Both the position numbers and the translations under genes were made by a program. The notes beneath the pieces were generated by a model. That model ran no database searches. It was given only the letters and a program-made list of their open reading frames with translations, and was not told where the DNA came from. A stretch of DNA of 54,226 nt from Minisyncoccota bacterium (GTDB lineage Bacteria > Patescibacteriota > Minisyncoccia > Minisyncoccales > Minisyncoccaceae): contig JAQUWR010000002.1 in assembly GCA_028692745.1 (NCBI GenBank), forward strand, positions 1 through 54,226, written 5' to 3'. Of the stretch, positions 16,275 through 25,574 are shown one piece after another. Each line of letters starts with the position of its first letter. Position 1 is the stretch's first letter.

Positions 16275-16728
16275 GTGTTCTTAATTCTCTTTTAATCTTT
16301 CTGTCAATATCTTTATTTTTTATAGATTCTCTTTTGTCTGCCTTCTTTTTTCCCTTGGCTAGACCAAAAGATATCTTAATTTGATGTTTTTTAGTATAAA
16401 CCAATAATGGCACTAAAGTCAAGCCCTTTTCGTTTGTTTTTCCAATAAGGTAGTTTATCTCCTTTTTATTTAAAAGAAGCTTTCTGTCTCTTTGAATATC
16501 GTAATCAGAGCCTATATTTAATGGTTGATAGGGCTGAATATTGGCTCCAACCCAAAATACTTCAGAATTGCCCTTGTTGTTTTTGTTTATTACGATATAA
16601 GATCCAGCCATACTTGTTCCTCTTGTTCTCAAGGATTTTACTTCTTGGCCAGTTAAAACTATACCTGCTTCAAAGGTTTCTAGTATTTCATAATCAAATT
16701 TAGCTTTTTTATTCTCTGCAATTATCAT
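16267..16728 (-). CDS. smpB: SsrA-binding protein SmpB
   Basis: AENKKAKFDYEILETFEAGIVLTGQEVKS. The ORF ends ...CGG GGG TGA, overlapping tmRNA nt 1-8. Confidence 0.95.
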   Translation of the reverse strand: MIIAENKKAKFDYEILETFEAGIVLTGQEVKSLRTRGTSMAGSYIVINKNNKGNSEVFWVGANIQPYQPLNIGSDYDIQRDRKLLLNKKEINYLIGKTNEKGLTLVPLLVYTKKHQIKISFGLAKGKKKADKRESIKNKDIDRKIKRELRTRG

Positions 16729-16779
16729 ATTTTCATTTTACTTGATTTTCTGCTAAAATGAAAGCGTATTAATAATTTA

Positions 16780-18342
16780 ATGTCAAGTATGGATATTAGA
16801 AAAGAAATAAAGAGTCTAGTAGAAGATTCAATTAAAAAAACACATAAGAAGGATTTTACTGTTCAGGTTTTAAAGCCAAAAGATAAAGCTCACGGCGATT
16901 TCGCTGTTAGTGTTGCTTTAGAAATTGGGAAAGAGATGAAAATTAATCCAATGGATGTTGCTTTAGATATTAAAAAAAATATAAAGAGCGAATTATTTAA
17001 AAAAATAGAAATAGTTAGTCCTGGATTTATTAATTTTTTTGTTTCTGAAAAAATAATCAAACAAGAAATTAAAACTGTTTTAAAAGAAAAAGAAAAGTTT
17101 GGTAATTTAGAAATTGGAAAAGGAAAAAAGATTCAAGTAGAGTTTGTTTCAGCTAATCCCACAGGACCATTAACTGTTGGTAATGGAAGAGGTGGTCCTT
17201 TTGGAGATGTGCTTGGAAATGTTTTTAAAAAAGCTGGATATAAAGTAGAAAAAGCATATTATGTTAATGATTTTGGAAAACAAATTTTATCACTAGGGCA
17301 TTCAATACTAAAAGATGAAGAAGCTAAATATTCTGGAGAATATATTGATGCTTTGAAAGTAAAAGGAAATGATGCTTACGAAGTAGGTAAAAAAGGAGCA
17401 GAGATTATTTTGAATGAAATGATTAAGAAGACTATTGATAAGTTAGGAATAAAATACGATGAATGGTTTTTTGAGTCCGTGCTTCATAAAAAAGGAGAGA
17501 TAGATAAAACAATAGAAACATTGAAGAAAAAAGATTTAACTTATGAAAATGAAGGAGCTTTATGGTTTAAGTCTACTAATTTTAAAGATGAAAGAGACAG
17601 GGTTTTAATTAAAGAAAATAAAGAAAAAACATATTTAGCTGGAGATATTGCTTATCATAAGTATAAGTTTGAAAAAAAGAAATTTGATAAAGTAATTAAT
17701 ATTTGGGGGGCTGATCATTTTGGAGATGTGGCAGGTCTTAAGGCAGGAGTAGAAGCATTAGGATATAAAGATAAACTAGAAGTTATTTTATTACAATTTG
17801 TTACTGTTTTAAAAGACGGGGTTCCTGTGAAAATGTCTAAGAGACTAGGAACAGCAATAACAATGGATGACTTATTAGAAGAATTAAGTTCAGACGTTGT
17901 AAGGTTTTTCTTTTTAGAGAAATCAGCTAATACTCATTTAGCTTTTAATTTTAATTTAGCAAAAGAACAATCAGAAAAAAATCCTGTATTTTATGTTCAA
18001 TATGCTTATGCTAGAATTTCAAGTATTTTAAAAAAAGCAGAAAATATTAAAACAGTAAAAGAATTTTCATTGTTGAATGAAAAAAGAGAGATAGAACTAA
18101 TGAAACAAATTTTAAAGTTTAAAGAAGTTATTGAAGATACTTCTATGGACCATCAATTACAAAGGATTCCTCAGTATGCAATAGATTTAGCCACAACCTT
18201 TCATGGTTTTTATCAAGATTGTCAGGTTTTAGTTGAAGATAAAGAATTAAAAAACCAAAGACTAAATTTAATATTGGCCACACAGATTACTTTAAAAAAT
18301 GTTTTAGATTTAATGGGGGTTTCTGCTCCTGAGAAAATGTAA
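16780..18342 (+). CDS. argS: Arginyl-tRNA synthetase
   Basis: FVSANPTGPLTVGNGRG, KMSKRLGT, and a C-terminal DALR-type anticodon-binding region. Confidence 0.95.
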   Translation: MSSMDIRKEIKSLVEDSIKKTHKKDFTVQVLKPKDKAHGDFAVSVALEIGKEMKINPMDVALDIKKNIKSELFKKIEIVSPGFINFFVSEKIIKQEIKTVLKEKEKFGNLEIGKGKKIQVEFVSANPTGPLTVGNGRGGPFGDVLGNVFKKAGYKVEKAYYVNDFGKQILSLGHSILKDEEAKYSGEYIDALKVKGNDAYEVGKKGAEIILNEMIKKTIDKLGIKYDEWFFESVLHKKGEIDKTIETLKKKDLTYENEGALWFKSTNFKDERDRVLIKENKEKTYLAGDIAYHKYKFEKKKFDKVINIWGADHFGDVAGLKAGVEALGYKDKLEVILLQFVTVLKDGVPVKMSKRLGTAITMDDLLEELSSDVVRFFFLEKSANTHLAFNFNLAKEQSEKNPVFYVQYAYARISSILKKAENIKTVKEFSLLNEKREIELMKQILKFKEVIEDTSMDHQLQRIPQYAIDLATTFHGFYQDCQVLVEDKELKNQRLNLILATQITLKNVLDLMGVSAPEKM

Positions 18343-19356
18343 ATGGTAAAAAAGAAAGAAAATTTAAACAAAGGAGAGATTGTAATTTATAAAGACAAGA
18401 GCAATAAAGTTGATCTTGATGTTAGATTAGAAAAAGAAACTGTTTGGTTGTCGCAACAACAAATGGCAATTCTTTTTGGTAAAAATGTAAGAACAATTAA
18501 CGAACACATTAACAATATTTTTAAAGAAAAAGAGTTAGATAAAAATTCAGTTATCCGGAAATTCCGGATAACTGCTAGTGATGGGAAAAAATATAATACT
18601 AATTTTTATAATCTTGATATTATTATTTCTGTTGGTTATAGAGTTAAATCCGTTAGAGGCACACAGTTTCGTATTTGGGCAACTAAAAAATTAAAAGAAA
18701 TTATTGTTAAGGGTTATGTTGTTAATCAAAAAAGACTTAAAGAAGGAAACATTAAAAACTTAAAAGATTTAGATCAAGTAATTTCTTTAACTAAGAGATT
18801 AATAGAAGCAAAACAATTAGATGAAAAAGAAACAGAAGGAGTGTTGAGGGTTGTCACTGATTATGCTAATTCTTGGGTTTTATTACAAAAATATGATGAA
18901 GGGTCTTTATTGATTCCTAAGAAAAAAGTAAAAGTTAAAAATAATATAAATTATGATTTTGCTATTCAATCAATAGCACAATTAAAATCAGATCTTTTAA
19001 AAAAGAAGGAAGCAGGAGATTTATTTGGAAAACAAAGAAACGAAATGTTACAAGGAATTTTAGGTAATCTGTGTCAATCATTTGGAGGCAACGAGATTTA
19101 TCCTAGTATAGAAGAAAGAGCTGCACATCTTTTATATTTTATCATCAAAGATCATCCATTTTTTGATGGCAACAAAAGAATAGCTTCTTTTCTTTTCATT
19201 CTTTTTTTAAGAAAGAATAATTATTTTTATAACAAAAAAGGAAAAGAAAAAATAAATGATATTGGTTTAGTTGCTTTAGCTTTATTTATTGCTCAAAGCG
19301 ATTCAAAAGAAAAAGAAGGAATAATTAAGTTAATTATTAATTTTCTTAATAGTTAA
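18343..19356 (+). CDS. RhuM-family N-terminal domain fused to a Fic/Doc domain
   Basis: RhuM-like WLSQQQMAILFGKNVRTINEHI...YNLDIIISVGYRVKSVRGTQFRIWAT. C-terminal Fic/Doc motif HPFFDGNKR (19153-19179). Confidence 0.75.
   Translation: MVKKKENLNKGEIVIYKDKSNKVDLDVRLEKETVWLSQQQMAILFGKNVRTINEHINNIFKEKELDKNSVIRKFRITASDGKKYNTNFYNLDIIISVGYRVKSVRGTQFRIWATKKLKEIIVKGYVVNQKRLKEGNIKNLKDLDQVISLTKRLIEAKQLDEKETEGVLRVVTDYANSWVLLQKYDEGSLLIPKKKVKVKNNINYDFAIQSIAQLKSDLLKKKEAGDLFGKQRNEMLQGILGNLCQSFGGNEIYPSIEERAAHLLYFIIKDHPFFDGNKRIASFLFILFLRKNNYFYNKKGKEKINDIGLVALALFIAQSDSKEKEGIIKLIINFLNS
18548..18574. repeat. 27-bp perfect palindrome (13-bp arms, 1-nt centre) inside the rhuM-doc CDS
   Basis: cagttatccggaa a ttccggataactg. 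All 13 pairs were checked base by base. Confidence 0.95.
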
Positions 19357-19357
19357 T

Positions 19358-19873
19358 ATGTATTTTGTTACAAGCAATAAAAATAAGTTTGAAGAAGTAA
19401 GATCTATTTTACCAGACATAAAACAGTTGGACATTGATTTAATGGAAATACAAAATATTGATAGTAAGGAAGTAGTTAAGCAAAAATTATTACAAGCCTT
19501 AGAATATGTGGACGAAGAGGTAATAGTTGAAGACACTTCTTTGTCTTTAGAATGTTTGAATGGTTTGCCTGGCCCATTTGTAAAATGGTTTCAAAATGAT
19601 CTTTTAGTAGAAATTTCTGAAAAACTAGGAGAGAGTAATGCAGAAGTAAAGACAATTATTGGTTATGCAAAGAATAAAGAAGAAATGTATTTTTTTGAAG
19701 GATCGACAAAGGGAACAATTGTAAAACCAAAAGGAAAATTAAATTTTGGATGGGATCCAATCTTTATGCCAGAAGGATATAATTTAACTTTTGCAGAAAT
19801 GGAAGATAAGAATGAGGTTAGCATGAGAAGAATTGCTTTGAATAAACTAAAGGATTTTTTATATAAAATATAG
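19358..19873 (+). CDS. rdgB: Non-canonical purine NTP pyrophosphatase (Ham1/RdgB, ITPase)
   Basis: MYFVTSNKNKFEEV, EDTSL, FGWDPIF. Confidence 0.85.
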   Translation: MYFVTSNKNKFEEVRSILPDIKQLDIDLMEIQNIDSKEVVKQKLLQALEYVDEEVIVEDTSLSLECLNGLPGPFVKWFQNDLLVEISEKLGESNAEVKTIIGYAKNKEEMYFFEGSTKGTIVKPKGKLNFGWDPIFMPEGYNLTFAEMEDKNEVSMRRIALNKLKDFLYKI

Positions 19874-19928
19874 CTTTTAAGGCTTAAGCAGCATTGATTA
19901 TCAGTCTAAAAAATGCTAATCTATTAGT

Positions 19929-20519
19929 ATGAATTTAAAACTAAAAAATAAATACTTTCTTTTAAGGCACGGAAAAAACAACCATCAGGAAGATTATCCA
20001 GACATAGTATATTGTTATCCTGATAATCCTCAGCCTTGTTTTCTGATTAAAAAAGGTATTGAACAAGTTAAAAAATCAGGAGAAATTCTTAAAGACAAGA
20101 AAATTGATTTAATTTTTTGTTCAGATATTTTAAGAACAAGACAAACAGCTAAAATAGTAGGAGAAATAATTGGATTTGATTTAGAGAAAATAATATATGA
20201 TACAAGGCTAAGGGATGTTAACTGGGGTGTGTTTGGGGGGAAGAATAAAAAAGAAGCTTGGGATTTTTATGGACAAGATATGATGAAAAAGTTTGAATTA
20301 GCCCCTCCTCAAGGAGAAAGCTGGGAAGAGTGTTTAAAGAGAATGAAAGAGGTTTTAAATGAAATAGAGGATAATTTTCAAAACAAAAACGTATTAATTG
20401 TTTCTCACGGAGACCCTTTATGGCTTTTAGAAGGATATGCTAAAGGTTTTAGTAGAGAAGAATTAGTAAGACAGAAAAAAGAAGAATATATTAATACAGG
20501 AGAAATTAGGTATTTATGA
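19929..20519 (+). CDS. Histidine phosphatase family protein (phosphoglycerate-mutase-like)
   Basis: RHG motif LLRHGKNNH, a second catalytic His in VSHGDPL, and SDILRTRQTA. Confidence 0.75.
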   Translation: MNLKLKNKYFLLRHGKNNHQEDYPDIVYCYPDNPQPCFLIKKGIEQVKKSGEILKDKKIDLIFCSDILRTRQTAKIVGEIIGFDLEKIIYDTRLRDVNWGVFGGKNKKEAWDFYGQDMMKKFELAPPQGESWEECLKRMKEVLNEIEDNFQNKNVLIVSHGDPLWLLEGYAKGFSREELVRQKKEEYINTGEIRYL

Positions 20520-23317
20520 TAAATGAAGAAAAAATATTAAAATATTGGGAAGATAATAATATTTTCCATAAATCAATAAAGAACAGAGAAAATTGTCCAT
20601 ATTTTAGTTTTTATGATGGTCCGCCTTTTGCTACAGGAAAACCTCATTATGGTCATATTTTAGCTACAACTATTAAAGATTCTGTTTTAAGGTATTGGAC
20701 CATGAAAGGATATCAAGTTCCAAGACGTGTTGGTTGGGATTGTCATGGACTTCCAATTGAAAATTTAATAGAAAAAGAATTAGGAGTTAAAAATAAAAAA
20801 GAAATAGAAGAAATGGGAGTTGAAAAATTTAATGATGCCTGCAGGTCTTCTGTTTTTACTTGTGTTGATGATTTTCAAGAAACATTAAAAAGAGTAGGAA
20901 GATGGGCTGATTATGATCAGGCTTATTCTACTTTAGAAAATAATTATATTGAATCTGTCTGGTGGGTTTTAAAGCAATTATGGAATAATGATTTAGTGGA
21001 AAAGAATTATAGGGTTTCTCCTTATTGTCCAAGATGTGGAACTACTTTAGCTAATTTTGAAGTTAATCAAGGATACAAAGAAACAAAAGAAAAATCTATT
21101 TATGTAAAGTTTAAAACCAAAGAAGGATATTTTCTTGTTTGGACAACAACACCATGGACTTTACCTGGTAATGTTGCTTTAGCTGTTAATCCAGAATTAG
21201 TTTATTGTTTGGTTGAAAATAATAACGAGAAATATATTTTAGCCAAAGATAGATTAAGTGTTTTAGAGGGAGAATACAATATTATCAAAGAGTTCAAAGG
21301 ACAAGAATTAATTGGTTTAAAATATGAACCAATCTTTGATTATTTAAAAGATGTAGAGAAGATTGAAAATGCTTTTCAAGTTGTTTTAGGAGAATTTGTT
21401 TCTTTTGAAGACGGAACAGGAATAGTTCACATGAATCCAATGTATGGAGAAGATGATTTTAATATTGGGAAAAAACATAATCTCCCCTTATTTCATACAG
21501 TTGATATTTCTGGTAAATTTAAAGAAGATGTTTATGATTTTAAGGGGCAATTTGTTAAAGAAGCAGATGAAAAAATTATAGATAAAATAAAAGATAATAA
21601 TATTTTCTATAAAGAAGAAATTATTTCTCATGAATATCCTTATTGTTGGAGGTGTGATTCTCCTTTATTGTATTATGCGATTGAAAGTTGGTATATTGCT
21701 GTTACAAAAATTAAAAAACAATTAATTAACAACAATGAAAATATTCATTGGGTTCCTGATCACATTAAAGAAGGAAGATTTGGGAAATGGCTAGAAGGGG
21801 CGAGGGATTGGAATTTTTCAAGAAATCGTTTTTGGGGAGCACCAATTCCAATTTGGGAATGTGAAGAATGTAAAGAAAAGATTTGTATTGGAAGTATAGA
21901 AGAAATAGAAAAATATGAAGGCAAAAGAATAGATGATTTACATCTTCCTTATATTGATGAAGTAAAATTAAAATGTCCAAAATGTTCAAAAGAAATGAAA
22001 AGAACTTCAGGAGTTTTTGATTGTTGGTTTGAGTCAGGGTCTATGCCTTATGCGCAATGGCATTATCCTTTTGAAAATAAAGACTTGGTAGAAAAAACCT
22101 TTCCAGCAGATTTTATTGCTGAAGGGCTAGACCAAACAAGAGGATGGTTTTATACTCTTCATGTTTTAGCAACAGCTTTAACCTTACAAGATATTGGTCT
22201 TGGAAATAATAATCCTGCATTTAAAAATGTAATTGTTAATGGTCTGGTTTTAGATGAAAAAGGAAGAAAACTTAGTAAAAAACTAAAGAATTATCCAGAC
22301 CCGAAAGAAGTTTTTGATAAATATGGATCAGATGCTTTAAGATTTTTTCTTTTAAGCTCTACTTCAATTGGAGAAGATTATCGTTTTTCTGAAGATAGAG
22401 TAAAAGAAGTTTGGAGAAAGATTATTTCTTCAATTGAGAATTGTTTTTCTTTTTACGAAACATATAAGAAAGATTATGAAGAAGTAAAATCAATAAATAT
22501 TTTAGATAAATGGATAATTTCAAAAACAGAAAAACTAAATGAAGAAGTTGTTGAATTAATGGATAATTATGAATTGACTAAGAGTTCAAGATTGTTTTAT
22601 GATTTTCTTGATGATTTATCAAATTGGTATATTCGAAGATCAAGAAAAAGATTTCAAAAACCAGAAGAAATTAAAGAAGCATCTTCTACTTTAAAATATG
22701 TTTTATTAAAATTAAGTAAATTAATAGCTCCTTTTGCTCCTTTTATTTCTGAAGAAATGTTTTTAAAATTAGATAATTCAAAGGAAAGCGTTCATTTGTG
22801 TGATTATCCTAAAACTAAAAAAGAATTTATAAATAATGATTTGGAAAAAGAAATGCAAGAGGCTAGAGATATTGTTAATCTTGTTTTAAAAGAAAGATCA
22901 GAAAAAGGTATAAAAGTAAGACAGCCATTAAGAGTTCTTAAAACTAAAAAAGAAATAAAAGAAGGTATTATTGATTTAATTAAAGAAGAAATCAATGTAA
23001 AAGAAATTGTTATTGATAAAAGTATTAATGGTATAGAGCTTGATTTAGAAATAACACCAGAATTAAAAGAAGAGGGTTTGGTTAGAGAAATAGTAAGACA
23101 TATCCAACAAATGAGAAAAGATAAAGGTTTTGTGCCAAAAGATAGAATAGTTGTCCTCTACCAAAATTCTGATTTTTTTGATAAGATATTAATAAACAAT
23201 AAAGAAAGCATTTTAAAGGACGTTTTAGCAAATGATTTTAAAAAACAAGACAGTGTTGAAGGAAAAGAGGTTTTAATTGACGGGAATAAAATTATATTAG
23301 AAATTAATAAAAATTAA
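20516..23317 (+). CDS. ileS: Isoleucyl-tRNA synthetase (type 2-like)
   Basis: PPFATGKPHYGHIL (HIGH), KLSKKLKN (KMSKS), CP1 editing-domain length; 933 aa. Confidence 0.95.
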   Translation: MINEEKILKYWEDNNIFHKSIKNRENCPYFSFYDGPPFATGKPHYGHILATTIKDSVLRYWTMKGYQVPRRVGWDCHGLPIENLIEKELGVKNKKEIEEMGVEKFNDACRSSVFTCVDDFQETLKRVGRWADYDQAYSTLENNYIESVWWVLKQLWNNDLVEKNYRVSPYCPRCGTTLANFEVNQGYKETKEKSIYVKFKTKEGYFLVWTTTPWTLPGNVALAVNPELVYCLVENNNEKYILAKDRLSVLEGEYNIIKEFKGQELIGLKYEPIFDYLKDVEKIENAFQVVLGEFVSFEDGTGIVHMNPMYGEDDFNIGKKHNLPLFHTVDISGKFKEDVYDFKGQFVKEADEKIIDKIKDNNIFYKEEIISHEYPYCWRCDSPLLYYAIESWYIAVTKIKKQLINNNENIHWVPDHIKEGRFGKWLEGARDWNFSRNRFWGAPIPIWECEECKEKICIGSIEEIEKYEGKRIDDLHLPYIDEVKLKCPKCSKEMKRTSGVFDCWFESGSMPYAQWHYPFENKDLVEKTFPADFIAEGLDQTRGWFYTLHVLATALTLQDIGLGNNNPAFKNVIVNGLVLDEKGRKLSKKLKNYPDPKEVFDKYGSDALRFFLLSSTSIGEDYRFSEDRVKEVWRKIISSIENCFSFYETYKKDYEEVKSINILDKWIISKTEKLNEEVVELMDNYELTKSSRLFYDFLDDLSNWYIRRSRKRFQKPEEIKEASSTLKYVLLKLSKLIAPFAPFISEEMFLKLDNSKESVHLCDYPKTKKEFINNDLEKEMQEARDIVNLVLKERSEKGIKVRQPLRVLKTKKEIKEGIIDLIKEEINVKEIVIDKSINGIELDLEITPELKEEGLVREIVRHIQQMRKDKGFVPKDRIVVLYQNSDFFDKILINNKESILKDVLANDFKKQDSVEGKEVLIDGNKIILEINKN

Positions 23318-23321
23318 TTTT

Positions 23322-23573
23322 ATGGAAGATTATATTCCTATTGAAAAACCAGGAAAAACAAAGAATTTTGGATCTTCTTTTATTAGATTTAAAGACAAAA
23401 ACAATACTTTAAAAAAATTGGGAGATAAAGAAGAACCAAAATCTATTTTTGAAAGATTAAAAGATAAAGATGAAAACAGGCATATAGAAGGACTTAGAGA
23501 AGTTAAGTTTAGACATTCAAAGAACAAAGACAGTTTTAATAAATTAAATAAATTAACAGAAAAAGATGAATAA
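23322..23573 (+). CDS. Highly charged hypothetical protein (83 aa)
   Basis: Co-directional ORF that overlaps the next gene by 8 nt. K/E/D-rich, no recognisable family. Confidence 0.4.
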   Translation: MEDYIPIEKPGKTKNFGSSFIRFKDKNNTLKKLGDKEEPKSIFERLKDKDENRHIEGLREVKFRHSKNKDSFNKLNKLTEKDE

Positions 23574-25188
23574 AACACAAATTATTTTAATAGTATTTTT
23601 AGTACTAGGTATTGCCTTTTTTGTTTTTTGGCAAAATATGTCATTTTCTAAAGAAGTATTAAAAATAGAAATAATTGGTCCAGAAAAAGCTTCTGTGGGA
23701 GAGGAAATAGAATATATAGTTAAATTTAAGAATAATGGAACAATAAGATTAGAAAATCCAGAATTAACTTTTGAGTTTCCAGAAGGAGCAGTTGTTGAAG
23801 AAAATGGAAGGATCATAAGAAGAACATCTGATGATCTTCAAGGAGATATTTATCCTGGTCAAGAAAGAACCATTAAATTTACAACAAGATACCTAGGAAA
23901 AGAAAATGATGTTAAAACCGTTAAAACTATTATGAGTTTTCAGCCAAAAGACTTAAAAACAAGAAATGAAGTTACAACTACTTTTACTACTATACTAAAT
24001 GAAGTGCCAATTAGTTTTTCTTTAGATGTTCCTTCAGAAACAGCTACTGGTAAAGCTTTTTCTTTTAAAATAAACTATTCTTCAAATGTTAATTATCCCC
24101 TTAAGGATATTTCTTTTACGATTCAATATCCTGATGGTTTTGAATTTTTATATTCTCAACCAAAAGGAATGGAGAATACTCAATGGGATGTTCCGATATT
24201 AAACGAAGCTCAGTCTGGAAAAATAGAAATATCAGGAATTTTAACAGGAGAATCTCAAGAGAAAAAAATATTTAGAGCGAGGATGGGAGTTTGGCAAGAC
24301 GGAAACTTTATTCTTTTAAAAGAATCAATAAAAGGAATTGAAATTGCTTCACCTTCTTTATATATAACACAAAGAATAAACAATAGTGATGACTATATTG
24401 CTTCTGTAGGAGACCAGCTTCATTATGAGATATTTTTTAGGAATCTTAACGAAACTCCTGCTACTAATATGGTAATAATTACTCGTCTTGAGGGATCGAG
24501 TTTAGATCTTAACTCGATTCAAGCTCCAGAAGGAAAGTATGAGACAGGAGACAATTCTATTCTTTGGGAACCTCAGAATATTTCTAGTTTACAATATTTA
24601 GAACCAGGAGAAGAAGGAAAAGTAGAGTTTTGGATTGACATTAAGAAGGACTGGGCAATGAAAACATTAGCTGATAAAAATCCAACAGTTAAGAGCAAAA
24701 TAATGATTAATACCAGCCGTCAAGAATTTTTAACCAAAATAGCAACTACATCAGAAGCAAAACAAAATATATACCTTGAAGATAAATATTTTGATAATAG
24801 TGGACCTTATCCATTAGAAGCGTATAAGAAGACATTTTTTACAGTTGTTTGGACAGCTAAAAGCACTTATAATGATATTGGTGAAGCAGTAATGAAAACG
24901 GTTTTACCTGATAATGTGATTTATGAAAATAAGATATGGCCAGAAGAAGTTGATTTAGTTTTTGACGAAGACACAAGAGAATTAGTTTGGAATATTGGTA
25001 CAATTGAAGCAGGAAGTGGATTTTTGAAAGAATCTAAAACATGTGCTTTTCAATTATCTGTAACACCTCAAACAACTGAACAAGATATAATTCTTTTAGG
25101 ACCAGCTCAATTTTCAGGAATTGATCAATGGACTAATAAAAGTTTAACCGTTAAAACAGATATTGTTTACGGAGAAACAGATAAATAA
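23566..25188 (+). CDS. Membrane-anchored hypothetical surface protein with repeated beta-sandwich-like (DUF11/CARDB-like) modules
   Basis: N-terminal TM helix. Repeated segments of about 110-130 aa share a pattern (..Y.I.F.N.G...L.N..I.....). Confidence 0.45.
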   Translation: MNKTQIILIVFLVLGIAFFVFWQNMSFSKEVLKIEIIGPEKASVGEEIEYIVKFKNNGTIRLENPELTFEFPEGAVVEENGRIIRRTSDDLQGDIYPGQERTIKFTTRYLGKENDVKTVKTIMSFQPKDLKTRNEVTTTFTTILNEVPISFSLDVPSETATGKAFSFKINYSSNVNYPLKDISFTIQYPDGFEFLYSQPKGMENTQWDVPILNEAQSGKIEISGILTGESQEKKIFRARMGVWQDGNFILLKESIKGIEIASPSLYITQRINNSDDYIASVGDQLHYEIFFRNLNETPATNMVIITRLEGSSLDLNSIQAPEGKYETGDNSILWEPQNISSLQYLEPGEEGKVEFWIDIKKDWAMKTLADKNPTVKSKIMINTSRQEFLTKIATTSEAKQNIYLEDKYFDNSGPYPLEAYKKTFFTVVWTAKSTYNDIGEAVMKTVLPDNVIYENKIWPEEVDLVFDEDTRELVWNIGTIEAGSGFLKESKTCAFQLSVTPQTTEQDIILLGPAQFSGIDQWTNKSLTVKTDIVYGETDK

Positions 25189-25574
25189 TGGAAAATAAAG
25201 ATTTTTTAAAATGTATAGCCTCTGTTTCTGTTTTCTTTATATTCTTTTTTATTCCTGTGATTATTTTTAAACAAACAGAAAATAATATAAATGATATGCA
25301 AGCAAAACAAAGTTTAGAGAATTTAAAAGCATGGGCAAAAGTTTATAAAATAAAAAATAATAGTTTTGAGGGCATGGAAAATGATTATGAGATATCAAGA
25401 ATAGTAAAAACATTAAATTATATGAATAGAGACTGTAAATTAATATTAAATAATAATAATTTTTGTGCTAAAGCTGTATTGTCTGGTTCAAAAAATTGGT
25501 GTGTGGATAATAATGAATATTCAGGAAACAAAATAAATAATTGTGATTATGGAAAAAAAATTAGGTGTGAATAA
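25188..25574 (+). CDS. Membrane-anchored Cys-containing hypothetical protein (128 aa)
   Basis: N-terminal hydrophobic helix and five Cys in the C-terminal 50 aa. TAATG overlap with the upstream gene. Confidence 0.45.
   Translation: MENKDFLKCIASVSVFFIFFFIPVIIFKQTENNINDMQAKQSLENLKAWAKVYKIKNNSFEGMENDYEISRIVKTLNYMNRDCKLILNNNNFCAKAVLSGSKNWCVDNNEYSGNKINNCDYGKKIRCE

Noticed and set aside
16729-16779. T-box or other riboswitch leaders upstream of the five aaRS genes.
   Set aside because: argS has only 51 nt upstream. ileS, glyQS, metG and leuS start by overlapping the preceding ORF. There is no room for a leader of about 200 nt.
23330-23578. The minus-strand 82-aa ORF mirroring the 83-aa plus-strand ORF.
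   Set aside because: The plus-strand frame is co-directional and overlap-coupled with the flanking operon. The minus product is the typical F/L/S-rich mirror of a K/E-rich gene. Neither is conserved to my knowledge, so even the plus call gets only 0.4.
25502-25510. A perfect DnaA box (TGTGGATAA), raising the question of an oriC near parAB.
   Set aside because: It is a single box inside a CDS, 16 kb from parAB. I saw no cluster of boxes, no dnaA or dnaN, and no AT-rich unwinding element next to it.
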